64,000 bases of DNA. Source: Amoebophrya sp. A120 (lineage: Eukaryota; Protista; Dinoflagellata). Below the pieces are notes generated by a model. The model was not told the DNA's origin and did not search any database. It was given only the letters and a program-made list of their open reading frames with translations. The stretch is from assembly GCA_905178155.1 (NCBI GenBank), contig CAJINV010000024.1, forward strand, positions 1 through 64,000. Direction: 5' to 3'. Within the stretch, counting starts at the first letter, position 1. Each line of letters begins with the position of its first letter. Of this stretch, positions 37,201 to 49,400 are shown in pieces. Position numbers and translations under genes: made by a program.

Positions 37201-39212
37201 AAAGCCCGCAGCCAGTTGACCTCCATGGCGAACGAGCGCATTTGCCTCGCGTCCCGAGCATAGACGACTTTGAGTGCGTAGCGGGTGGCACATAACTGAG
37301 AACCTTGCTCCTTGGTTCGACTTGCACTGCTGCTTGTTCCATTGTGCTGACCACTTCGCGACGCGTTATGGTTGGAGCTATAGTTGCCCCCACGACTGCC
37401 CGATCCCGAGGTCGTAGTAGTTGATCCTGTATCTCCCACACAGGTTCGCAGATCAACGCACTCGAACACCTCCGCTGATCCGCCCTTCCCGATCCGCTTC
37501 ACAACTTCGAGCAATAAAGTCGGTTTGTTGAAGTCCACGTGATGGTTGTCAACCACCTGTTCGCCCATGCAGATGACCATGCCAGGGCCAACGCGGGCGG
37601 TGGCGGTCACAGCGATGTTTTTCCGCTGGATAAACGCAGCCGTGGAGAGTAGCGAGTCGTTTTCCCGGTACGAAGTCCGGCAGTCCTCGTCGTTGAAATA
37701 CTCCGGTAGGTCGCTCGGGGAATTGAGAAAAGGGGCGTTGTGGCGCCCGTAGACAGGGATCGTGCTGCAGCCCGCGGAGGGGGGGTGTAGAGGGTCTTTT
37801 TGAGGGGAAAAACCATTCGCCGCTTCTGCCTTCGCAGGACACGTCACTTCCACATTGGGGAGATCGGCGCTGGGTCCACTAGCATGATCCCGGGGAACAC
37901 GATCGGTGTCCTTCTGGATGTCTTTGCCATCAGGCACAGGAGAAGTATCGACCTTTTCTGCGCACCGTGGTGATATCGGCGCAGAGTCCTCCGGGACGAT
38001 AGGCGCGTGGCGGTTGTCGGCCTTGATGTCGTTGCTGTACCCTTCAGAGCTGGTGGTGTCACGAGGATTTCTGATATAAAAGCCGCGACGTCCATTTCCA
38101 TATTTCTCCCCTTCAGCTACAGGCTGAGCCTCTTCTTGATTCTGGTGAAGCACTGACTCCACATTTCGTTGTAGCTCGTTCTTACCGTTGGATGTACCAA
38201 CCACAGGAGCAACCTTTCGCAAATCCGCCTGGTAGACGAAGTCTTGCAGTCCTTGAGGCTGCTGGTCGTTCTGGCCAGCATTTTGGTGTCGCTCCTGCGG
38301 TGCGGCGGGCTGTGTGTCACCGTTTTCGCAGTCGGCATTGCTTTCGAAACTGGTTTCTCTGTTTTCCAGCCGCCCTGTGGCTGTGTGGGAGTTCTTGTGC
38401 TTGTTGTCGCGATAGGCATCAGTGAGGCCCGCATGGTCCTCAACATCATGTCTGACCCTGGGAGCAGCCACGGAATAAGATCTCTCGGAGGTGGTCTCTC
38501 TGTTCGGATTGTAGGACGAATATTGGTCAAGGTCATCTCGTGTCGCCGCAGGCCGTATTTCCACTTGGCCGCGGCCAGGGCGCCGGGCAGGAGGAGCTCC
38601 ACCACCTACATCGGTTCTTAATATCACATCATCCTCAATCGTACTTGTCGCTGCCGGTCTCCTGACATCGTTTTGGTCTTGGTAATACGAGCTTCCATAA
38701 TTACCGGTGGGCAAAGTGGTGTTCACTATGCCGTCGTACGACGTCGCGTTATTTCGTTCATGGGCGCGAGGGTCACGTGGGCCGCCAACCACATCCCGTG
38801 CAGCTTGTTGCCACTCATACGCTGCCTCTTCTCGAACACCTTCTCCCGGTGCATGTTGTCCCACGTCGGCTCCAGCATTTGCGGCCTGTGCATGACAAAC
38901 TTTCGGCTCGAAATCGAGTGTGGTCGCAGTATGCAACGCCGACGTTGCTTGCGTGGGAACTGGGGCGACAGGTAAAGGGTAGCTGGGTACGTCATGCTCT
39001 TCTTGGACAAAGCGCGCACGGTTATTTTCGAAGCGTCTATTCGTGTTACCCGGCACTGCTAAGTCGCGGCCGGCGTTAGAAGTAGCTCCACATGGAGGCT
39101 GTATGCAACCGTGCGGATCTGGATGGTGAGGGTTCAAATTTTTACATTGGTCAGATGGAATCGCGGGTCGTGCGGGATTGTCGTTGAAATGGTGGCTGCG
39201 CCGGTCGCTCAT
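31300..39212 (-). CDS. Mps1/TTK-like protein kinase followed by a transmembrane segment, Pro/Ser-rich stalk and repeat-domain copy 1
   Basis: IGKGGSAEVF, YALKVV and LLEFAD; after removing three introners, WRDMVAGVAAIHSLGLIHFDLKPANFLIVDNIVKVSDFGLARGINKDEGIIHVSRDRQCGTPRYMPPEA...DVWALGIILYQLLYGRAPY. Hydrophobic stretch at ~34737-34805. Start codon and 3' exon limits approximate. Confidence 0.88.
36031..36282. mobile_element. Introner family A, just after the kinase DFG motif
   Basis: TIR TATCAAATGTAAAAATGTC.GGGTCTGGAA; perfect DR GCGCG; removal gives DFGLARG; very similar to 60627-60879. Confidence 0.95.
36363..36683. mobile_element. Introner family B, just before the kinase catalytic loop
   Basis: Perfect DR TCAAC; removal gives GLIHFDLKPAN. 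Confidence 0.95.
36799..37050. mobile_element. Degenerate introner (family I) in the kinase hinge
   Basis: TATCGGAGGGGAAAGGA vs reverse complement TATGGGATGGAAAGGA; no intact DR, but removing element +2 or +5 nt gives EFADC(x)NLHSFL. Confidence 0.7.
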
Positions 39213-40335
39213 AGGGTACAGGTCCAGGTTGCGCCACAGTCTGAGGGAACGCCAGTCACTGGCTTTTAGGCAAAAATAAAGGGGTGTTGCTCCGTTTGTC
39301 GATGTCGATATCCTTGGGCGGGTGTTGCTCCATAACTTATTGTACAACTTTTACTCGAATAAACAAATAGTCACGATCAACCCTTTTCGGCGGATGAGGT
39401 ACTACAACTGCTGCATGCGCAAAAATCCGATCCTCGTGAAGAGGACTGCTCGTCCCGAATGCGTCTTTCAGCCTGTTCTTGCGCCCTTCGGATCTTCTCC
39501 ACCCGCGACTACGAGATTGTAAGAACGCCTTCAGATGAGCAACAAGCTTGTGCTCCGTGCGGGTTTGGCGTTGGCGTCTCCTCGAATTGAAGGTAGATAC
39601 AACTGCTCCATGCGCCGTGTCCGTGGGTTCAATTGTACAAATAAACTCCTTTCTAAAGATGAAAAGTCGCAGAGTTTTTATCTATGAATTTGCGTGCTGC
39701 TGAAACTGAAACCGGTGGGGTGAATGCTGAGTGTCTTACAAAATTTTTTGTGCTCCGGCATCTACTTATCATACGTGGAAAAATGAAACAGTTGAAAGTG
39801 AAAGCGGTTCTTTTTCTCTACATTCTCGTCCCGTATATCGATAAAACAATGTTGAGTAACTACAAAAGAGCTTCCAAGCTGTGCTAGTCATCATACACTA
39901 AACTACTAAATTCCAGAGACGTTGCCGGCTTTCAAAGGCAGTCTCATGGAGGAATTGAATCTAGGGCTATGTCTACGTACTGAAACAATGGTCGCCAATA
40001 TACCGCAACCACAACTGGAACTGCCCGTGCCTGAAGCGATGTCGAAAAAACGATTGTTATTATTGAAACACATAGAGTCGTGCTGAGACGATGCCACGAC
40101 GACGAGAGGCGATCCGACAGAACGACTAAATGCGATTAGATTTATTTCCATAAAGCGATTTTAATTTCAGGTTGCGAGAAGAAGCAGATGATTTTCACAA
40201 GCAAGATCAGTTTGGGCGATGAGAAGTAAAAAAGGGGTTTTCGATTTTGACTTTTGCGAATTAGTGTTCATCTTGAGAGCATCGCACTACTAGTGCCATT
40301 TCTGCAGGCACTATGTTGGAACTGGATCACGGTGA

Positions 40336-41400
40336 TGAACTATGTTGGAAATGGATTGTATATGCGTATCGTATTTTTATTTTTTCAGTTGTTTTTTGCA
40401 AATTAGTCGTGCCTTGAGGCACATGCCCAATAACTGCGGAGGGGTAGCGGAGGGTGTAGGCGGCACATGCAGAATCGCAGTGCCGTCCTGGTAGCAGAAG
40501 TGTAATAATAGATGGTATCTGCTTTCAAAAAGTAAGCGCTTTGCACTTTTAGTACTATCCGCAGCTAATGCTGCGTCTAATCGACTGCAACTTGCCCTCC
40601 GCCCCCCCTCCGCTAGGCGAGTGTCAAGAGGTGATACCATGCTGAAAAGCTTTTTATTCGTTTTTACTTTTGTTTTTCGCTTTTTTTCCCGCTTTTGCAA
40701 GTTTTCAAAATTCAGCATGCTATGGGGCACATGCCCAGCAACTGCGGAGGGGTAGCGGAGGGTGTAGACGGCACATGCAGAATCGCAGTGCCGTCCTGGT
40801 AAGAGAAGTTCAATAATAAATGCCATCTGTTGTCAAAAAGTAAGCAATTTACACTTTTCATACTATCCGCAGCTAATTCTGGGTCTAATCGACTGCAACT
40901 TGCCCTCCGCCACCCCTCCGCTGGGCGAGTGTCAAGAGGTGTTACCATGCTTAAAAGCTTTTTATGCGTTTTCACTTTTGTTTTTAGCTTTTTTTGTCGG
41001 TTTTGCAAGTTTTCAAAATTCAGCATGCTATGAGGAACATGCCCAGCAACTGCGGAGGGGTAGCGGAGGGTGTAGACGGCACATGCAGAAGCGCAGTGCC
41101 GTCCTGGTAGCAGAAGTGTAATAATAAATGGCATCTGCTTTCAAAAAGTAAGCACTTTGCACTTTTAGTACTATCCCCAGCTAATTCTGGGTATAATCGA
41201 CTGCAACTTGCCCTCCGCCCCCCCTCCGCTAGGCGAGTGTCAAGACGTGACACCATGCTGAAAAGCTTTTTATGCGTTTTTGCTTTTGTTTCTCGTTTTT
41301 CGTTTTTTTTGTCGGTTTCGCAAACTTTTAAACTTCAAAATGCTATACGTATCCTATACGGATTCAAAATCATATACACGCCATTTCCAACACGCATATA
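40336..41400. mobile_element. TIR-bounded element containing a 308-bp tandem repeat
   Basis: TGTTGGAAATGG.TGTATATG at left is mirrored by CATATACACGCCATTTCCAACA at right; possible DR GGTGA/CGTGA; left boundary uncertain. Confidence 0.5.
40416..41345. repeat. 308-bp tandem repeat, 3 copies
   Basis: ACATGCCC...AACTGCGGAGGGGTAGCGGAGGG at 40421, 40729 and 41037. Confidence 0.93.
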
Positions 41401-43490
41401 CGTGAGTCTGGTGATTCACCAGACTCACTGACATTGACCTTGACGTAGTAGTTGATCTCATCGCAAGTGAACGTTAGCGGAGCAGCAGGTAGTATTTTGA
41501 GAATAGGACTGTGCAGCACATCATGTCCATCTTCCTCCCGCATGCTTCAACGTCGTCGATTTCAAGGGAGGTTCTTTGGGCTATTCATACATGGAGTGCT
41601 GCAACGATCATGATCATGTTGATCCTGCATCCGTAGCCGGAATAAACCGTGTTGCCCTTCTTCGAGCGGACGAAGCTGTGGTGGGAAGGAGAAGAATTAC
41701 AGTAGAGGCGCGTTTATGTCGCAGCTCACAATGGATCATTATCACCTGCTCTTCGGATCAGCACAACTACTCCAAGCGCATTTTGGTTGAACCGTCGAGA
41801 AGTAGTTTTTTTGGCATCCTCCACAAGAAGTGGCCGATTCGCAGGTCTCGTTGTCTTCGCCCGTTACGTCTATTGATTTTTCGCCAAACTCCACCTCCCG
41901 CATCAGCCTAGCCTAGTACAACAACGTCATTTTCTTATTTTTGGGAAAAGGTAGAAGAACTAACTCGTGCTCCGACAAGGTCTAAGACTTGCACTTCTAC
42001 TCCACTTCAGGCCTAAATACTAAGCGTCAACCACAAATTCAGCAACGCTGCGCTTGTTCCAACAACATGTTCCAACAGAAAACGAACTTGTTCTACACGC
42101 AATTATCAAACAAGGACAAGGAGAAGAACGGCACAACCCGCGGACGACGCAAGGAACAGAGCGAGATTTTAGCTTTCGCATCGCAATCATTTTTGTGCAC
42201 TGGTCGTTAAAAAGTAGAGCAGCCGGCCGCAGTTGCAGCCACGCTAGGCGACCTAGCCTGCATAGCCACTGCCGCTGGAGGTTAGGTATAGCGTAGCTGC
42301 AACGGCGGCTGGCTGCTGTCAGCACTGCAGACGAGACAGCTGCTAATTCTTTATAGCAACTGTCTCGTCTGCATGGTATGTATATTTTTTTTGTCATCAT
42401 AAGCTTTTGGTACAAGGGATAGAAATTCATTTTCAACTACTGCTTCCGAGTTTCTTTTTCATCCTCGATCGACTTTTTTTCCACAACGCAATTGATCGAC
42501 ATAATTGTTTCTTCTGTCGTGATACGGTGGCTACTGACTTGCTAACTTTCAAGTCAAATAAAACTCTCATCGACCACCTACGTGTAATACTGGATCATGA
42601 TCGGGGATCAGAATTTGTAATGCTAATTTCGAATATCATAAATAGTTTGTAATGCTAATTTCGAATAGTAATTGACTAGTTTTGAGATGGACAAAAACCA
42701 CAAATCTTCGTAGTTCGCGTTTCGTGTTTGTCAGCTTGTAATGCCAATTCTGCATCTGTCATGCTACGCACGCGCATCCCGCGACATAGACCACAATTGT
42801 AGTTGCGTCACACAGCCGCGGCATGACAGGGCTTGTGAATATCCTGTCCACATAACGGCACAGAAATATTTTGGTTACACAGGTGAAACACGCAAAAAAT
42901 CTTCCTATGAATGTGAGACAGGATTCATCGATTGGTGTGGAATAAAAGGTTTCAATTCACAACTTGAATACTTACATTTTGGATCGTCTATAAGTGTACA
43001 TCAAAAACCGGAATTTCGTCCTTATTGACTTCTGACAAACATCGACAATTCTATACTAGCTGGTGAGCACATTTCGATTTTTTCCTATACCGTTCTTTAA
43101 GTGAGTGCTCAGAGTCGTGAGACTTATTTCTTCCCCTCTCCCGAAGTAGACTTACTCGAAAAGGAGAGAGGGTCGTCCATCTGATGAATGATTTGTGACT
43201 AAAGTAGTGCTGGTAGGCCGCTTTATGATGACAGTCATCTTACGTTAAAAATAGAAAAACAAAACAAGTACAGAACTGGCTGAGAAGAAGTTTGTTCACG
43301 GAAATAAAGTAAAGTCACTCCTGGTAGGAGGCATTCAGCTAGAATTTCAAACATTTGCATTTCAGAAAAAATATTAGTAGAGAGAAACCTATTGTACAAT
43401 TTTGGAGGAAGAACAGAAGAATAAAAGAAGACCACTACTACATTTTTCCGCAACTATACTACAGCGGTTAACGAAATAAGACGCCCTACT

Positions 43491-46400
43491 TTACTTCACC
43501 TCCTTCGAAAAGCGGAAATAGAGTTTCTTGGCCAGCAGCCGGTGCTTCTTTGACTTCGCATACCAGGCAGCGTCATGACCGTGGTGACACTATGCATTGC
43601 AAATATCCAGGGTGGCTGGATTTGTGATGCGAAATTTGAAGGACAGCTGGATCTGTGATGCATGAAGAGGATTGGCACGTTTTTTTGTCCCATGCTGGAA
43701 GACAGTTTGTCATGCTATTCACGAATGAAAATGAATGCACAAGAAGCCGAGGAAAAGAACTTCTCATGCTGTTATGCCGTACAAGCGGCCACCCTGTGTT
43801 GCAAGTATCAGCACCACAAGTTTCCAGACCGAGACATACTTGCATTTGATAGGCACTTCTGCTCCGGGTCCGCTCCGTAGTGCAGGATTAAGAAGTATCA
43901 AGTGCAAAAATGTCTGGGTCTGGAAGAGTGTAGACTTGTCATGCAGATTTTCCATGACCCATGAGGTCAGGAATGCGGGACTGAGCATGACAGACTCTGC
44001 GAGGTCTCTGCCATGCCTAAGTATTCTGCATGAGAAAGTCCGTTCCAACTTGGTCAAAAGTGGACAGCTTTTGGCATTCATGCAACACAGATTTTTGCAT
44101 GCTTCAGATTTGTCATGACAAGTTACCATCTTCCAGACCCAGATATTTTTGCAATTCATAAGAAATGGCACAGGTCTTCCTTCCCCGTTTTCGCGGCGTA
44201 GTGCAAAATGGTCTGTCCGTTGTTGGGCCACTTGTTGTCGAGTGCTTTCCAGCCCTATCAAAATGAAAAATCCCCCCTCCCCATATCAGAATGGGGATTT
44301 GTGTAGCCTAGCATGATTTGTGAACACAAATCATTTTGTCATGCTAGAAGGCAAAAGATAGATGCAGACCCTGTAGTTCTGGCTGGCGTGGGAAGGCTTT
44401 GCATCTTCAGCATGACAGGAGGCAACTGGAAATGGAAAACAGCATGAAAAATCTCCTACAATTCAGGCCACAACTACTTCCAACGGCCTTCTCGCAATAC
44501 AAGTCTATTTGTGTACGCAACTCCGGCATCACAGATGTCCTTTTCGATATGGGGCGGGGAGAATTTCCCTTACGATAAGCCCTGGTTGTTGAGCATCTTG
44601 AAGCACTTCTTGTACTCCGCCGGCACCGATTCCTCAGCTTATCCTGTGCAAAAGTATCGTACTCGGAGTATAATTGCATTTATGCATTACAAATCTCTTT
44701 CTCAAGGTAAATCCGCATTACAAATTGAATTTGTAAAATGCTGGGCTAATTTGTGATGCAATTGATACTACACTAGTACGATGCTTTTGCATTGCATACG
44801 GCTTCGTACGGGGACATGATGTCACTCGCTTTGATCACTTTCTCCTGTATGAGAGTGCACAACTCACCCTCCCTTTATCTGTATTTTATTTGCATGAACA
44901 GCAATACAAACACTTGCACGAGTGCAGCCTGTGCATGACAAATTCAGGCACCTAGTTTAGTACTGCTTGGTCGCTGTCCGGAATCTGTGATGCATGCTAG
45001 TGCCGCAGGGAAGCACTTGGATTCTGGATTTTGCATGAGAAATGAGAACGAGGGGGGAGTTGTGCAGTTTCATATCCTGGCCGGCCACGTTAGAAGGCAT
45101 ACCGGATTTATCAAATGTAAAAATGTCTGGGTCTGGAAGATTCTGAGACTTGTCATGCATGTTTTGCATGACCCAGGACGTCTGTAATGCACGCCCTAGC
45201 ATCACAGATTTTTAGACGGCTTCCTGATGCCTACTCCGCATGACAAACGCCCTCCCCGCGTAGCACAAACTAGACCCCTGCTCTTGCTGGTCATGCAATA
45301 CAGAGTTTTTTAGAGACCGAAGTTAGCATCACAAGTTCCAACCTTCCAGACCCCGACATTTTTGCGTTTGATAGGATTTCTCATCCAGCAAATCGTTGCT
45401 GTTCGCGCCGTCATCCAGCTTGCTCTGGGCCTGCGCCTTCTTAGCCGCTTCCAGCTTCTTGCGCAACTATCGTGAGATAAAATCCCCCCTCCCCATATTG
45501 GAAAGGACATTTGTGATGTCGGATTTGCGTACACAAATCGACTTGTTATGCTAGAAGGCCAAGCGACGCAATTGTGGCCGGAATTGCAAGCAGTTTGTCA
45601 TGCTGTTTGCCACTTCCAGTTGCCTCCTGTCACGCTGAAGATGCAAGGCCTTCCCACGCCGGCCAGCACTACAGTCCGCATCTTTTGCCCTCTAGCGTGA
45701 CAACGTGAATTGTGCTAGCAAATCATGCTACACAAATCTCCGTTTTAGTATGGGGAGGAGGGATTTTTCCTTTTGATAACTGCTCCGGATTCTTCTGCAG
45801 CTGGTACTTCCACTCCTTCTATGAGAGTGCACAACTCCCCCTCCCCCTCATTTGTCATGGAAAATACCAATTCCAAGCGCTGCTGCGTGGTACTGTTTGC
45901 ATGACAGATTCCGGAAGCCCAAACAGTACTGCACTGAGCGCATGAACTTGTCATGAACAGGCTCCACAGGTGGGGGTGTCTGTATTGCTGTTCATGCGAT
46001 ACAAATGAGGGGGAGGGGGGTTGTGCACTGTCATACCTTCGCGAAAACCTGTTCGTTCGCCGGATTCGAAAAGTCGATCTCCTCCGCCGGAAAACTGACC
46101 ATCAGCGCCGGGATATCCAGAGGAAAAACGTCTTCAAACCTGAGTCAAGATGGGAACTCCACATCGGTGCCGTAATTGCAACCCATTTTTTGCCCAAGAG
46201 CAAGAATTATGTTCCCTGATTCCAGGAAAAAAATCATTTTTCCCAGGATCTAAAACTGCGCTTTTGGCTTTGCAATTCGGTACCTGAATTGCAAGCCACT
46301 TTTTACCCGAGCGCGATAATTCGGGACCCTAATTCCGGGAAAAAAATCATTTTTCCCAGGATCTAAAACTGCGCTTTTGGCTTTGCAATTCGGTACCTTA

Positions 46401-49400
46401 ATTGCAAGCCACTTTTTGCCCGAGCGCGATAATTCGGGACCCTAATTCCGGGAAAAAAATCATTTTTCCCAGGATCTAAAACTGCGCTTTTGGCTTTGCA
46501 ATTCGGTACCTTAATTGCAAGCCACTTTTTGCCCGAGCGCGATAATTCGGGACCCTAATTCCGGGAAAAAAATCATTTTTCCCAGGATCTAAAACTGCGC
46601 TTTTGGCTTTGCAATTCGGTGCCTTAATTGCAACCCACTTTTTGCCCGACCGCACGAATCATGTTCTGTGCATGGCAAATTCTGTTGCAAGCCACTTTCT
46701 GCCCGACGTGCATGACAACTCTGGAATGGGGACGTTTTTGACTCCGGGTACGAGAACTCTTCGAAGAGCGAGTTTTTCTTCTTCGGGTTCGCCAAATCAA
46801 TGGCCTTCTTGCCGAAATCGTCGATCACGTGCACCTGCTGCTTGATAATCGTTTCGTCCAGGTTCAGCACCAGGTAGTCGAAGAGAGGCTATCAAGTGCA
46901 AATATGTCTGGGTCTGGAAGATTGCCAGGCTTGTCATGCATGTCTTGCATGACCCATGACGCCTGGAATGCATGGCCGAGCATCACAGATTTTTAAAGGG
47001 CTTTCTGATGCATATTCCGCATGAGCAATGCCGTCTCCGCGTAGCACAAACTGGGCTCCTTTTGTTGGTCATGCAATACAGATTTGTCTAGAATCCAAAG
47101 ATAGCATCACAAGTTGCAACAGTCCAGACCCAGACATCTTTGCATTTGATAGGGGCTTGTTATTCTTTTTCGCCGCGTAGTGGAAGAAAGTGCCACCGCC
47201 GGTCTTGTGGGCCAATATGCATTGCGAATATGTTTGGGTCTGGAAACTTGTGATGCAAGGACGGGAAAAATAGTGATTACACTTTAATGCGCTGCCAAGC
47301 ATGACAAGTTTTTCCGTGGTTCTGAGTAGCGTACTCCGCATGTCATGCGGAGTACGCTACTCAGAACCACGGAAAAACTTGTCATGCTTGGCAGAGAAAC
47401 TGCGTTTTTGCATGACAGGCGAGCGGAGCTCTTCGCGGCCACGCAATACAGAGTTCAGAGTGATGCCAGACTAGCACGACAAATCTCGCAATCAATCTCC
47501 CAGACCCAGACATATTTGTATTTGATAGCCAGCTGCTGCTGGCAATTCTCGTTGTCGAACCCGAGTTCCTTGCACATCCGAAACATCTTCCCGTAAAAGT
47601 CGCACAGCCCAAAGTCGTGTTATGCAATGCAAAAGCATGATCCTACTAGTAGAAATTGCATTACAAATTCCCACAGCATTACAAATTGAATTTGTAATGC
47701 TGATTTACCTTGGTTGATGTAATGCATAAATGCAATTACTACGAGTACGATACTTTTACACGGGATACGTGCTCCTCGTCGTAGATCTTCGTGCCGTCCG
47801 ACCGGCCCGATTTGTTGGACGCCATGGACTATGCAATGCAAAAGCATCGTACTCGTATAAAATAAATGCATTACAAATTTTCTCAGCAAGACGAGAGAAA
47901 ATTTGTAATGCGGATTTTCCTTGAGGAAAAGATTTGTAATGCATGATTGCAATACGAGTACGATACATTTGCACAGGATATGGACTCTTTGCTCATCATA
48001 GACTGCCGCAGCTGGTCCTTGTTCGGGACCAATTGGATCATGATCTGCCCGTTGCTGAATATGCATTGCAAACACGTCTGGGTCCTCTGGAAGGATGCAA
48101 CTTGTCATGCTAAATCCGAACCGTGCAAAAATCTGTGTTGCATGAGTGGCAAAAGCTGTCCACTTTCGACGAAGTTGGGAGGGAGCTTCTCATGCAGGAC
48201 ATTAGGCATGACAGAGACCTCACAGAGTCTGTCATGCTAGGTCCCGCATTCCGGACCTCGTTGGTCATGGAGAGCCTGCACTCTTGGAAATTCCCTACTA
48301 CCGCTCGGGGGAGCTGGAACTTTCGCGAGACCAAACGAGATGGCAAGCGAGGTCCGCGCGCCCCCCCTGGAGGTGAGATACGAGGGTGGCCCTGTGTTGT
48401 GATCTGCAATCTGCATTAGACCACACAGGAAATGAGGAAGTTGGAGAAGGATCAGAAATGATCTGGAGCGACACTATGGAACGCTCCAACAACCTCAGCC
48501 AACCACTGCCCTCGCATTCACAAGAGACCTGCCGAAACAGACTCAACTCCGGGAAGCCTTCCCGAAGCCGACCTCTAAGTTCGGCCTGGTCGGCCACGAG
48601 GCAATGTCCTCAGGGGCCGTTAGGAACCTCCCGAAACAATCGTCAACGAGCTTCAGCGCCAAGAAGCCGCTGACGAAAGAAACGCACAGACTGTTCCCAG
48701 TGGCAAGAACAGAAAGGCAGGGACATAGGTGAACCGACAGTGACACCAACTCGACCAAGGTAACCCAGAGTTCCGGACCCGGGGAAAACTGGGGACCACG
48801 CGGCAGAAGCACAGCACAAAGACGCCTGAAGTGTTCCCAACCGCCAGTCAAGCAGCAGCCAAAAGTCAACGGAGGCAGCAGCAGAAGCCACTCAGGTACT
48901 CCACCGAAGACAAGAGGAGCCGCAAGACCCAGAGCAAGCTCCGACGGCCACAACAGACGCTTCTACTGTCGCAACACCACTGGGGACGAAGACAGAGGGC
49001 AAGGCAAGAGCCTCGCGCAACGGGAATTTCCCACCAAGCCATGTCAACGACCTCACATGAGAAGGCGCACCAGAACGGCCACGAGAGGGGTAGACATAGG
49101 ACATCCAGCATCCAGACACGTCGCCAAGACCGAAGGCGGTGAGCAACACCCATCATCTCGTTTGCGGGATCCGTCGCCATGCGTTCATGTTGGTCGGCAC
49201 TGGCCTCCACTCGTATCTCGTCCCCGTGGTGAACCCAGACATGGCTACTACCTCGAACGAGGGAGCTGGAAATGCCGCGCGCGCTCGCATACGCATCTGG
49301 GGCGCGGAACTCAAGATACGTCCAGCAGCCCGCCGACTCCACTACCGTAAGCCATTTAGGAGTACCCGCGCCGCCTCGCGAAGCTCCTATGGTCCCGCGC

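Noticed and set aside
42590-42900. Degenerate introner suggested by TTGTAATGC/TGTCATGC motifs and a short duplication
   Set aside because: No convincing TIR pair or DR could be delimited.
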